A stretch of 63,726 bases of DNA, filler included. It is 3 parts of 3 records of this genome, joined end to end, with 100 filler letters (N's around TTAATTAATTAA, not from the genome) between each part and the next. Parts side by side here need not be neighbours in the genome. Positions count along the whole stretch, not along the records: positions 22,146 to 47,071 come from SRR20825019_843; 2 more parts are not named here. One strand, given 5' to 3'. The position numbers and the translations under genes are program-made. The notes beneath the pieces are model-generated. The model was not told where the DNA came from and made no database searches. It worked only from the letters and a program-made list of their open reading frames with translations. Positions 31,744 through 44,335 of the stretch are shown in pieces (the first letter of the stretch is position 1; every line of letters begins with the position of its first letter).

Positions 31744-34638
31744 TTATTTCATTTCAACAAGCTCATTCACGCAACCCGACTTGTCAAGCCGGATCCTTTT
31801 GTGAATGTCACGATCCTTTAAATCCTCTTCTGCCTGGAGCCGTTTCTTGCTTCGAATGCGGTCCAGTGGAATCTCGTTTTGACTTAGAGAAAGAGGCATA
31901 CCATTGTCATTGCACTCGTCCATGGAGTCGATATCCATTCCCATCGAAAAGATTGCCGCGGCACTCACGCTGGCCTCTCGGGTGCCAGGGCCCGCATTGA
32001 TGAAGGAAGATATATGGTTGACGATATCGGCTGGGAGCGATTCAAAGTACCCAAGCTGCTCAAACGATTCACGACGCGAAGAAGCGCGCGACTGCTTGGT
32101 CATGCGGCGGTGAATCATGGCTAAAGTCATACGACTGGGAATGCAGGTGACCCTCAAAGAGGCGCATCGTTTAGCAATGGCAGCACCAGTGAGCGCTGAT
32201 CCTTTCAGTCTCTCCACCTCGGCTTTCAGGAACATGACCGCGCCCATACTGTCATCAAGATCAAGAAGCGACTTCTCATTGGCTGTCGGAAGTGTTGGGT
32301 CCGCCCCGAGAAGCAATAGAGAACGGATGGTCTCCCGAGCACGAAAGGGAACGGCGTTGTAGTCTACAGCACATGCTAAGCGGAGGGGCGAGACTCCGTT
32401 CGTCCACTGTCGTCTGTTGGCATCCGCACCCAGGGCAACAAGGCTCCTCACTGCCTCCACATTTCCCTTGGCCGCAGCGTGGTGGAGGGATGTCGATCCA
32501 TTATCATCAATAGCGTTCACATTGGCTCCACCCTCGTTTACCAGCAGCGAACAGGCCTCCGCATGGTTGCATCTCGCCGCACGGTCCAAAGGCGACCTCC
32601 CATTCGCATCCTCGCGGGTCACATCTACGTCCGGTCTTGATAGAAGCAGGCGAGTCATCGCGACGTGGTTCATCGTTATAGCCACGTGAAGAGGAGTGGA
32701 GTTCAACCGGCATATAACCGGCTTGTTCACGCGAGCACCACTGTCGAGTAATAAGCGTGCGATGTCCAAATAATTCTTCAAAGCGGCAGTGTACAGGGGC
32801 GTCAGACCGTTGGCAGTCTTGAATGGAACATCAACAGGAACGCCGACTTCGACCAATGCCTTCACAACCTCGAGGTGGTTGCCACTGACTGCGGTATGCA
32901 GAGCACGGCACCCAGAGATCCGGAGGAGGTCCGGCCCGCGCGAAAGAAGGAGTCTCACAACGCCAACATGACCGCGCTTTGCAGCACCCTCGAGGCAGGA
33001 AGGTGACCCGACCTGTCTGAGTATACACGTATCAGCGCCCTCGTCGATCAGCATCTGAACCATCTCCACAGACCCCCTTCCGCAGGCAATGTGGAGGACA
33101 GTGCCCCCGGAGTTGGCCGGGGTTTCGTGGTTGATATTGAGACCAGATCGGATCAGAAATCTTGCCACTCCGGTCAAGTCCTTTTGTACTGCACAGGCAA
33201 GGGCGGCATATCTCTCCTGGCGAACTCGTGTGTACATTTTGGAGTCATTCAGCTGATCTGGAGTCGCCTCCAAAATGGCTTGTACACATGCCTCTAGCCG
33301 CCCCTTCGCTGCACCATGGTAGTTCTGGACGGCAGCGACGAGCAAAGACTTGGAAACAGGAGAAGAGAGATCCGGGGTCGTCAGTGCAGGGTTGAACTTC
33401 AACATCAGCCTCAAAAGGTGCGAGTGACCATGCTTGAGTGCCAGTTCTAGTGGGCTCTGTCGCATGACCTCGCGACACATCTCGTAGCTCCGGCACCATG
33501 TCTCCGTCCCAGCTGGCAACCCTTCCACCCCAGGGAGCGTCTCCAATTCCCCGATATCTTTTCCACATCCAACATCCATTCTTGCTCCAGCCTCGACCAG
33601 CGCGGTCAGACACTCGATGCTCCACCGAGTGCGGTCGTCATCATCTACACCACGCACCATCTGAGCCACCGCAACAAACATCGCAAGCCGCATTGGTGTC
33701 ATTCCCGAGAATCGGCAGCAGTTGCTATTCACATCACATCCTGAGGACACCAACCTGCGCACCAGGTCCGCTCCCAAGGGACCTGTCACGTGCGCCGCTG
33801 CGTAAAAGCACGGGGTCCGTGCCAGACCATCCTCGATATGACAAACGCGCTCGCTTCTTCCGGGATCTGCACCTGCCTCGAGTAGGATCAGTGCACAGCG
33901 CGGGTGTTCTTTCCGCAGAGCCCAGAGCAATGGTGGCAGGGGGTCCATAGGGGTTGTGAAGTCAGGCGCGGCTCCAAACTCAAGGAGAGTGCGAATCACC
34001 TCGTCATGACCAGCACGGGCTGCCAGCTGACATGCTGACTGGGTCCCATTGGATACCAAGGTGGAGGGGCTGACTCCATATGAGCACAGAGCGCGCACCG
34101 CTCCAGCACTCCCACCCGCCACAGCATACTGCCATGCAGTGTGGCCTTGTGGTGTAGTCTTTGTCGGGTCCGCGCCCAAAGCCAGTAACTGCTCGACTCC
34201 TAAACAAATATGGGGTTAACATGAATCTACGATGGCTGCTGGCCTAGGTTCACACGTACCATCGACAAGTTCATCCCTCCAACAGCACATCATGAGTGGC
34301 GTCATGCCCTCATGTGAAGTCTCATCACAAACACCGCTTGGAAGGGGAGAGTCCCTCCATCCCCGCGACAGCTCCAGAAAGGACTCCACATCTCGGCTTG
34401 CCCATGCCCGCCGAAGTTCAGTGGCATCAGGCTTTGTTTCATAGCTGACAGGAAGGGTGCGATCTTCATGATCCGGTCCGCCTTCTTGTGTCAGTGTGTT
34501 GGGATCTAGATGATCATCATAGTCGCAAGACATTTGGGACTCCCCGTACGAAAACGGAAGAGATGACATAGCCGGGACGTTAGATGCGCCCTGCTCAATG
34601 TCACAGCCATCGTCAATATGCTTGTCGCTGAAAGCCAT
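31744..34638 (-). CDS. Ankyrin-repeat protein (two exons)
   Basis: Many ankyrin motifs (GTVLHIAC, LTPLYTAA, STPLHVA, STSLHHAA). Intron 34200-34259 joins ELVDG to VEQLLALGADP. Confidence 0.9.
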
Positions 34639-36020
34639 TCGATCGTTTAATTATTTCACAGTGGCATCGCAGCCCATAAATGTACATGCTGGCCCCATTG
34701 CGAGAGGATAAGTGGCAGCAGACAGTGAAGCTGCATAAGTTTGGCAATGTGTGTGAGTGAAAGTGGGGGAGTAGGAGTGCCGGAGTGAGATCCAGTGGTT
34801 GCTGTGTTTGTGATCAGTAGCGGTCACGTGACGAACAGTCCCTCAATGTTCATGACCAGTTCTCCACAGTCGAGTGACTCACTCTAAAGGCAGCCTTCCA
34901 AGTTATTCGGGACTTTGAGCAACTCCTTCAGTAAGGCAGGCTCAGCAGTTCCCGTATCATACCTCAGTTGGTGCAGGTAGTCACGGGCAGTAGCGGCAGC
35001 GCGGGGCCAGTACCGTTCCGTTCGACCCAGGCCGGTAGGGCCGGGGGGCGGTGGACCCGCTGCAGTAGGCGGCGCGTCTGCGGGTGTCGCACACAAAGCA
35101 CGGGCCGCCCGGACCGACCGCGTCTCATCGGCACTGGCGGTCGGGTGCTTGAGAGCATGAGTCCGATCATGGGCACCCCGATACCAGTACGGCGCCCCAC
35201 ACCGCGGTGACCCGGCAGCCGGGCCCAGCGGCTGCCGTTGACTGCACTGATGATGGCTGTGTCGGTACAGTCGTGGGCCAGAGTGGGAACTTTCCCGGAA
35301 ACAGAATGATCCGACGAGGAGTCACGCGGGCCCCACCGCCGGGCACGCGCCGCCGCCGGACCCACAGGAAGCGGCCGGGCGACGCCGGCCGCCCGCCGCC
35401 CGACTCTTTGGCTGAATTGAAAATGCGACAGGTCAGTCAGTGCTCGGGCTACCGGGGTATCTCTATCGTCCCTAGAGGTAAGCCAGAGGCACCGGCCGAC
35501 ACAGATGATAGACTTATACATATACAGAGTGAATCGATCCGGGTCACAGCGGTTGTTCAGGGCACAGTGATCCAGCGTGGCCGGGCCCGGCGTACCGGCA
35601 CCCGACTGCTCACACTCGTCACTGAGCTTGAGAAGGGGCGGGGGCGACACTAGCCCGGCAGTGGCGACCCGGCGGGGGCCCGCGGGGCTGGCCGGTAGCG
35701 CACGGTATGCCGGCCAGCCCGGGGTGGCATGTGCCTGCGGCCACGTCGGCCCGGGTCAGGTGGCAAGCGCGTTCGATATCGATGGCACCCGCGTCCGGCC
35801 GGGCACGCAGGATGGGCGCTGCGCCACTCGCTGGGCCCGGGGCCGGCACGGTGCGGTCGGGACCGCAACGGGGCCGGCAGAGGCCGCGGGCACGCAGGAG
35901 CGCCGATTGCCGTTGAGTGAGCGTGTTACCGGGACGGCCGAGCTTCACGGGGCTTGTGTTGTTCGGCACACATAAATATGGACGGTTCCTTCGGAGTTGG
36001 CAACGTGCCGGCAGAATACG

Positions 36021-38095
36021 ATGCACCTGGTACGTCGCTTCCGTTGTGCCGAGTGCTGCAAGGCGGTGGACAAGGATGACTTTCCACCCGACGCCATATA
36101 CAAGGGACCTCATGAACGCAGATGCAAGCCTTGTGTAGCAAGGTGTGTAAGCCATCGTAGTTATGCGGTCTAGTTGTAGCTGATCTGGTCCCTACAGATT
36201 GTCGGTGAATGAATTCACCAAAGCGGCATCGCCAGCTGCCGCGGCGGCAAGCCCTGGAAGCCCAGGGACTCCTGTGCGGCCAGCAAGTGCCCCAGTTCAC
36301 TCCTCCCCGCTCCCCACCCCTGCCACAGTCACCGGTGTGTCGTATGCAAGCCCTGCCGCCTCGGCCAGCCCTGCTGCGACGGGTGCTGGAGTCAGCGGTA
36401 TTTCATATCCAAGCCCTGCTGCTCCAGCGAGCCCCGGTATTCTGGGTGAGGTGAGTGTGCTCATTTGCGACCACACTAAGCTGCAGTGCTTACTTATTGC
36501 ATTTGGAAGACTGCTCCGGCTGCACTGAGCAGTCTCGGATCAACATACGTGGACGATACCCACGTTTCTACGCCACTCAAGAGTTTAAATATAGACTACA
36601 GGTGAGGCCCAGCGTGCACTCGCAATATTCAGTGCCTAGGATCCCGACACCTAGCTTACAGGCTTTGTAATAGCATGTCACCTAAAACACCCGCGGCACC
36701 TCCCGCGGCAGCAGGGCCGGTCACTCCAAAGATTGAAGAAGCCAGTCCAGGATCACAGAGCGAAGGGGCGGGATCCGCCCGTCGCAAGTCGGTCAGTTTC
36801 TCTGAGAAGATCGAGGAATCATATGTATCCTCATCATTCGACCTGACTCGTGCCCACGTCACATCTGAAGAGGTGCGAATATTCTCCTAGAGGAAGGGCG
36901 GGATGTGGATGTGTGGCCAGGGTGTTTGCTTTTGTTTAGTGGGGTGCTCGGGCGTTGAAGGCAATTGAAATCTCGCGGGAGTGATGGGTGGCATCTCCGC
37001 AGAATTCCTATGTTTGAGTGTGAATGGATTAGGGAGACTGAGGGCGAATCGGGCGAGGCATGGCAGAATGGTTCCTGATGAATAGAAAACGACTGATACT
37101 TTCCGCATACAGACATCACACTCAAATAAGTGGCTTCGCCTTAAGACAGTCCACTACCAGGATGTCCAAGGAAGAGATAGAGTATGTGCCTGGTGTCAGA
37201 TGGGAAGGAGGCTTGCGTGATGATGCAACGGTTGCCAAATTCGGATTTTGTGACAATGTTTAGACTGCGGCACTCAATTGACGTATCTTACTGTTGTGAT
37301 TGGTGTCAGGTGTGGGAGAAGGTGGAACGGACGACACGTGTAGAAGGGAAAGACTGCGATGGGGTGGGGATTATAGCCATCGTGGAGAAGAGAGGGAGGC
37401 CAAAGTAGGACTCCAAACCATGGTGTAGTTGTGTTGAAACTGACGCAGCTATGTGTGCAGAGGGGTTGTTCTTGTGCGTCAATTTCGGCCTGCAAGTGAG
37501 TCGCACGTTCTGTGACTTCAGCCAATCTAACTTGACTATGTAGTTGGCAAGATCACAGTCGAGTTTCCTGCCGGCCTGTTGGACCCCGGAGAGACGGTTG
37601 AGGATTGTGCATTGAGAGAACTCAAGGTGCGTATTCGATGAATGGATGGGGTGGTAGCGATGCTGACCGTCATTTCTACGCCTCAGGAGGAGACTGGATT
37701 CACTGGGCACTCCTCCTACACAATGCCTGCTCTTGGTTTCAATGATCCTGGCATCACCAATACTAACTTCAGAACAGTGGTTGTTAAGGTTGCTACGGTT
37801 TCAGAAGGTTGCTTTACTCAGATGTACTGATTTTGTGATAGGTTGACGGCGATGCACCCGAGAACATAGAGCCCGCCGCATCTCTGATGGAATCGGAACA
37901 GATCAACGTCGAAGGTATGCTCTTTTTATTGACATTCGTGATATCAAACCTCCTGATTGACGTGCAGTGTGCCCGCTGGTTCAATTCCACGCTCGTCTGG
38001 ACTACTATGCCACAAAGGTGGAAGGTCACGCTGTGGATGGGCGAATGTACATGTTTGCTGCTGGGATGAGTATCGGCCCCGGCCTCATGATCTAG
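36021..38095 (+). CDS. Spliced gene: C4 zinc finger, Ser/Pro-rich linker and NUDT5-like Nudix hydrolase (ADP-ribose pyrophosphatase family)
   Basis: Nudix exons: KWLRLKTVHYQDVQGRDR, VWEKVERTTR, VVLVRQFRPA, VEFPAGLLDPGETVEDCALRELK, EETG, VDGRMYMFA. Upstream exons join in phase through intron 36873-37112. Confidence 0.8.
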
Positions 38096-39060
38096 TGATC
38101 TACCGTGACCCCGCCACAGTGTCGTCTAGATTAAATGGGGAGCAGTGAATTGAGTCTCTTTTCCACCATATTACCTCGTCCAATCTAACATTGAGAGTAA
38201 AGTCTCAGTCGTTACCTGGGCACTAGGGCCGTCCCATGCATTGAGTGCTCAGTTTAAAATTGTTCTTATTTGTCTGCGAAGGGCTGATTTAAGGGCAGAG
38301 GGACTCAACACATGTGTCGAAGCGAGTCTCGGCAGCTGCCGACACTCTAGGCGGTATCCTCTTGGTCGGACGGGCAATAGAGCCCTGGTGAATGAGTCGA
38401 AGTCTTGTCAGGTGCGGTCCTAATGGCCTCTATAGGAGTTGCGGACATGTTCATACGAGCTCAAGCTTGCGGTGTCGTGGCTTTTGACGTCCTCGGAGTG
38501 GCATTGACGCGGAACGACAGCACTGGCACAGGCTCGCGAGATTGCATCGAGATCTAAACAACACCACACAACACATTTTATATGAAGGTATTCTGTTATA
38601 TCGAGATGGAAATGATTGTCTTGAATTTCCCACTCCGGCGACCGCCGCACCCCAGTGACTCCGGCGACCCGTGGCCACCCAACCCCATGAGCCCGTCCTG
38701 CCTCCGCTGTCAGTCACATCCACTATGCGGCGGGTTCCGATCTTCCGGCCATCAAGTCCGGGAGGACCGCGGCGCCCGGCCTGGCACGTTCCCCGAACCG
38801 TCCAGGCTCCACTGACCAAGAACTCCATTATGTGGACGAGCGCAGAATCGGCTCAGCCCACTCACATGCCACTCATCCCTGAGTCACCATGACGCGGAGA
38901 GAGCGCACAATCAGTCAGCCCTGGCTAGGCGGGCACCATAGTCTAACCGGCCCCTAGTTACGTGGCTTGGCACACCAGCAGGTTGCTCCTGTGATATATG
39001 ATAGAGTTGTGTGCTTAGGGAGTTTAGGGTGTGAGCTGAGGGGAGGTTACCAGCGCAAGG

Positions 39061-42000
39061 ATGTCTCTCCGAGCCGGACGGGCACCACCGAGCAGTAACC
39101 CCAACGTGCCTCCTCCAACTACTGAGATGACTACGGTGGTAAGGGGCGGAGAGACTCGAGTGGACAGGCCCGAAAGATGCTAACTGTGGCTTGGTAGGGA
39201 GAAGGAGACGAGGAGTCACAAGCCGAGGAGAACTATGAAGCTGACGTCAAGGTTGTCAAGGCTCCTAAGAAGAAGAAGGAGAAAAAGCCTCGGTAAGAAC
39301 TCGCACTCACACTGGGACTTGGCCCCTCTGACTCGGCTGCAGCATCATCAAGTTCAACCATCGAATGAAGAAGTATCGTTCAAACTACGTCTCGACGACA
39401 AAGTACAACATAATCACGTTTATTCCGCGGAACCTTTTGGAGCAGTTCCTCCGCCTGGCGAACGTGTATTTCTTGATCGTGTCCATTCTGCAACAGATTC
39501 CTGGTGTATCGCCCACCGGAAGATGGACTACCCTGGGGTAATGACGAGTCTGTGGGGGTGCGGGGTGCAGCCTGACATGCTTTTGTAGACCACTTATTAT
39601 TGTGCTGAGTGTCACTGCTCTCAAGGAGGCTTTGGAGGACTTGCGGCGATATCAACAGGACCGAAAGATCAACAACAAGAAGGTGCGGGTCCGACTGGTT
39701 TGGGCTCATCCCGGCTGACTCGACATGAATAGGTGGATGTCTTGCAGGCTGATAACACCTGGAAGGAAACTCGCTGGAAGAAGCTCAGGGTGGGACAAGT
39801 CATTCGCATCAAGAACTATGAGCAGGTATAGGGGGTGGCAGGCTCCCGTGGGGAGTCATTCATTCTTTTGCAGGTGCCTGCGGATATTGTGCTGCTCTCA
39901 TCCACTCGAGAGAATGGCACAGCGTACATTGAGACCTCCTCACTGGACGGCGAAACTAATTTGAAGGTGGGGATAACCTAGTAATTCCTAGAATAGCGGT
40001 AGTTGTAACTTACGGTTGGCATAGCTGCGGTCGCCGGTCGCAGAGACGAGTGAGCTCATGTTTAACAGTCAAAATATCATCGATACCAAGGCCGAGCTGA
40101 TCGTGGAGGCCCCAAACAAGGAAATCTATGAGTTCAAAGGAAGCATGAAGGTACGAGGGGGGAATTTGGTGGCAGGTGATGGCTCGTAGCCGACTCGTCT
40201 TTCAGATCTACAAGACTGTCACTGGGGTAGAGAATGCCAACAATGGCGATGACGTAACAATCCCGGCCCCCCAGCCGGACGGAGACGAGGCTGAGAAGCT
40301 TGAGGCTGGAGATGAGACAGTAGATCACGTGCCTTTGGACAACAAGAGCGTGATTCTTCGCGGTTGCTTCATCCGCAACACGGAGTGGCTGCACGGAGTC
40401 ATTGTGTACACAGGCAAGGACACCAAACTCATGAAGAATTCCAAGCGGGCCAAAATCAAGCGGTCGCGTGTGGAAAGGTTAGCGAAGTTGTATTCTGGGT
40501 TCATGGACCCCGCTGATTGCATTGCTAGGCGTGCGAATGTGAATATCGCTCTCATTCTGATCCTCCTTCTCGTGGTATCTCTCTCCGCCACCATAGCGTC
40601 GTTCACTTGGCACGAGTATAACCTGAGCAAGGCGTGGTACCTTCCGCAGGTACGGTGTGTGAATGGTGGATTGAAACACGTGCCTAATTGCCCGGTGACA
40701 GGATTGGGAATCCACTGATTACTTGTACAAGGGCTTCATGACATTTATGATTCTCTTTAACAATTTGGTACCCATCTCACTGTATGTCTCTATGGAGATT
40801 GTCAAGGCAAGATTTTCGTGGTGTCTTCTCGCCAGTTTCACCTGACTCATGTGCCTTCACGCAGGTTGTCCAAGCCATGTTGATCAACAATGACAGGGAG
40901 ATGTATCACGAAGAAACCAACACTCCCGCAGCAGCCCGGACGTCCAATTTGAACGAGGAGCTTGGTCAGATTTCCTATATTTTCAGTGACAAGACGGGGA
41001 CGTTGACACGCAACCTGCTCGAGTTTCGGAAGTGCGCAATCGATGGCGACATTTATGGGTTTGGTGAGTCTTCTCACGTCATCAGTATCTGTCGTTGCTC
41101 ACAACAGCTGGCGCAGGGACCACGGAGATCGGCATTGCTGCTGCTAAGCGGATGGGCAAGGAGGTCCAGGACCACATTCCGTCCGATGCAAGCAAGAAGA
41201 AGGCGCAGGTTAGTTTCTGAAGAGGATTGAGGGCGGGCTTTGTAGTCCCTTTCTTTTTGTAGTCCTTTCTCACGAATGTCTTAGTATCACTACGATCCCA
41301 AGTTCAACTTTGATGACGAAAGGCTGTTAAAGAACCTCAAGGGCGGAGCCAAGGCGGACAAGATCAAGATGTTTCTCCGTATCCTCTCCGTGTGTCATGA
41401 GGTAGAGTGCCGTGAAGTCTGATTTTGGTATCAATACTAATGTTCCTTTGCCAGGTCATTCCGGAGACACCCGACCCAAGCCAGCCCGACAAGATCACTT
41501 ATCAGGCACCCAATCCTGACGATGCCGCCCTCGTCAATGCTGCAAAGGCTTTTGGGTGAGTACTGTCGCATCTGACCCTGGTACCCGTATCCTTGTGCTA
41601 AGTCTCTCTGAAAGATTCAAGTTCTTCGGGCGGTCGGCCAAAATGGTCACGGTTGATGTCATGGGAATAGAGGAACAATGGGAGGTGGGTCGACTTCATT
41701 CGGTTTAGAGTCTGAATATCCCCGTACTGATGCCTGTTACTGCAGATGCTCAACACCCTTCAATTCAACTCGACGCGGAAGCGTATGAGCGTCATCGTGA
41801 AGAATGCTCAGGGAAAGATTATTCTCATGTGCAAAGGCGCGGACAGTACGATTATGGCCAGGCTCGATCCCAAGGTCAAGCAAGGCGACGACCTCGCCAA
41901 GGAGCAGCTGCTCGTGTTTTCTGGAGAAGGTCTGCGGACCCTCTGCCTGGCGTACAAGGAAATTCCGGCGCCAAAGTACGAGGAATGGGCCAAGAGGTAA

Positions 42001-44215
42001 GAAGCTGAAGCGGATTGAAGGGCAGTGCTGAGGGCTGGACTAGGTACGCCGAGGCGTCAGTGAGTATGGGCGATCGTGAGGCCGAGATGGAGGAGCTGAA
42101 CGACGAGATTGAGCGAGATTTGGTCCTGGCAGGCTGGTATGGAACTCTGTGGATCGTGCACTCTCTTTGGGGTGCTTACGCGGCATTGTTTGTGCAGCAC
42201 TGCGATCGAGGACAAGTTGCAAGAGGGAGTGCCCCAGACTATTGCTGATCTGGCCAAGGCTGGAATCAAGATCTGGGTGTTGACAGGCGATAAGAAAGAA
42301 ACGGCTATCAACATCGGATTTGCGTGCTCGCTGCTCGTTGAAGGTATAGGTCTCATCCTCAGTGGCCATCGGTGGACAGTTTCTGACTGTACCTCTTGCA
42401 GGCATGCTCCGTATCGAGATTGATGCCGAGACAGATGGTGAGCTTCGGGAACAAATGGCGGCCCGCTATGAGGAATTCAAGGTTCCATTGGAGAACCCTG
42501 GCACCGCCGATCTCGCACTGATCATCGAGGGTGCCCCATTGTCATTTGTGATGGAAGACAAGGCCCTTCGCCTTAAGCTGCTCAAGATCGCGAGGCGATG
42601 CAAGTCCGTTATCTGCTGTCGCGTCTCCCCGGCGCAGAAAGCGCAGGTGGGTGCCCTAAGCTTCAAACTGAGGTATCCTCTGATACCAAGCTATGTTCAG
42701 GTTACGAGGCTCATCAAGGACAACATTGGCCGAGGACAGTTCAAGGACGAGGCTCGACCTATCACACTTTCCATTGGTGATGGCGCGAACGATGTCCCCA
42801 TGATCATGGAAGCGCACATTGGAGTCGGAATATCTGGTCTTGAAGGTGGGCGGCGTCGTCGTGTTTGCACTTTCGCACCCGAGTACTCAATCACCCTTAG
42901 GTATGCAGGCGGTACGCGCGAGCGACTACGCAATTGCCCAGTTTAGATTCCTGAAGAGACTGTTGCTAGTCCATGGATCATGGTCTTACAAGCGCATTTC
43001 AAAGGTGAGGCCAGCAACAAACAAGCCCTTGCTGTCGTATTCTAGCATTCCGGATTGGTCTTATATTTGTGTGTTATGGAATCTGGCTTATACCTTGGCT
43101 ATGTAGGTTATTATCTACTCATTCTATAAGAATGTTGCGTTTGTCTTCACTCTGTTTTGGTTCCAATTCTTCACTGGTTTCTCCGGACAAGTGCTATACG
43201 ACAGGTATGTGCAGCGCCGAGCATCAGTACCAGCGAATCGACGCTAACTGAACCACCGATAGATGGCTGATGGTTTGTTATAATGTTGTGTTCACCAACA
43301 TCCCCATCATCATCTGGGGCATCATGGAGCAAGACGTATCAGCCGAGGGTCTCATGAAATATCCTCAACTTTATCAGCCGGCCCAGAAGGGAGAATATTT
43401 CAACGTGTTTATCTTTTGGAAATATCAGATCGAAGCCATTTTCATCTCAATCTGTGTGTTCTTTATTCCGGTAAGAAGAGTTTTCACTTGATTATGATCT
43501 TGGTCTCATACTGCTGCGCGTTTAGTTCACCATCTTTGGACAAAAGGAGACGTGGATGGCCAGTGGTCAGTCGGCTGGCCTGTGGTCCATGGGCACTGTG
43601 GTGTATGCCTGCATTGTCCTGGCAATCAACGGCAAGCTGATCCTCGAGACCACTTACTGGTACGCACTTGATGAACATCCCGCACGTGATTGCTAATGCA
43701 GTTTTGCAGGAATTGGGTCACACACATAGTACAATGGTGCACCGTTCTTTCCTGGCCAGTCGTCTTCGCGGCTTATGGAGGGTTCTGGATCGACTTCACC
43801 GCAACGTGAGTGGACCCGGCGCATGCGGTGACCAGTGGGACTGATGGATTTGCAGATATACCACCAATGTTTATTTTGTTCCATATGAGGTCTGGAGCTC
43901 TATCAACTTCTGGTTCACGGTGCCGCTCGTCACATGCATCTGCCTTCTGCCGGATTTCACTTACAAGGTAATCACTCGCCCCCACGTCATTTCTGTGTCA
44001 GCTAACGCATCTGTGCCTTTCAGTACTTCAAAAAGAATTACTTCCCGGGCCTTATTGACGTCATGCAACGACTCGAACGTTCGCGCAAATACAAGAAGGC
44101 ACTCAAAGCCGAGAAGATGCGTCTCAAGGCAGAGCGTGAGGAGCAGCTGAGGCAGGAGGAGGAAGAGAACGCGGCATATGAGGCCGAGCACGCCGGGGAA
44201 ACTCAATTGGATTAA
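39061..44215 (+). CDS. P4-type ATPase (phospholipid flippase, Drs2/ATP8A-like), many introns
   Basis: [79 protein letters not shown]. Confidence 0.96.
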
Positions 44216-44335
44216 GGAATTACACTAAATATTTGTTATGGGGTTTTAGCTAGTGTACACCTGGCTGTCTCCACGACTGAGGTTCATATAGACTGCGGGA
44301 CTGCGGTTCATCGAGAGTGTGTCAAGGAGCAAGAG

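Noticed and set aside
36873-37309. Box C/D snoRNAs in the two longer Nudix introns
   Set aside because: One intron has only a non-canonical C box, and its last CTGA coincides with the branch site. The other has GTGATGA but no CTGA D box. No guide complementarity could be established.
38205-38400. U1 snRNA-like TTACCTGG
   Set aside because: It lacks the ATAC start of the ATACTTACCTG 5' end, and no U1 stem-loops or Sm site are evident.
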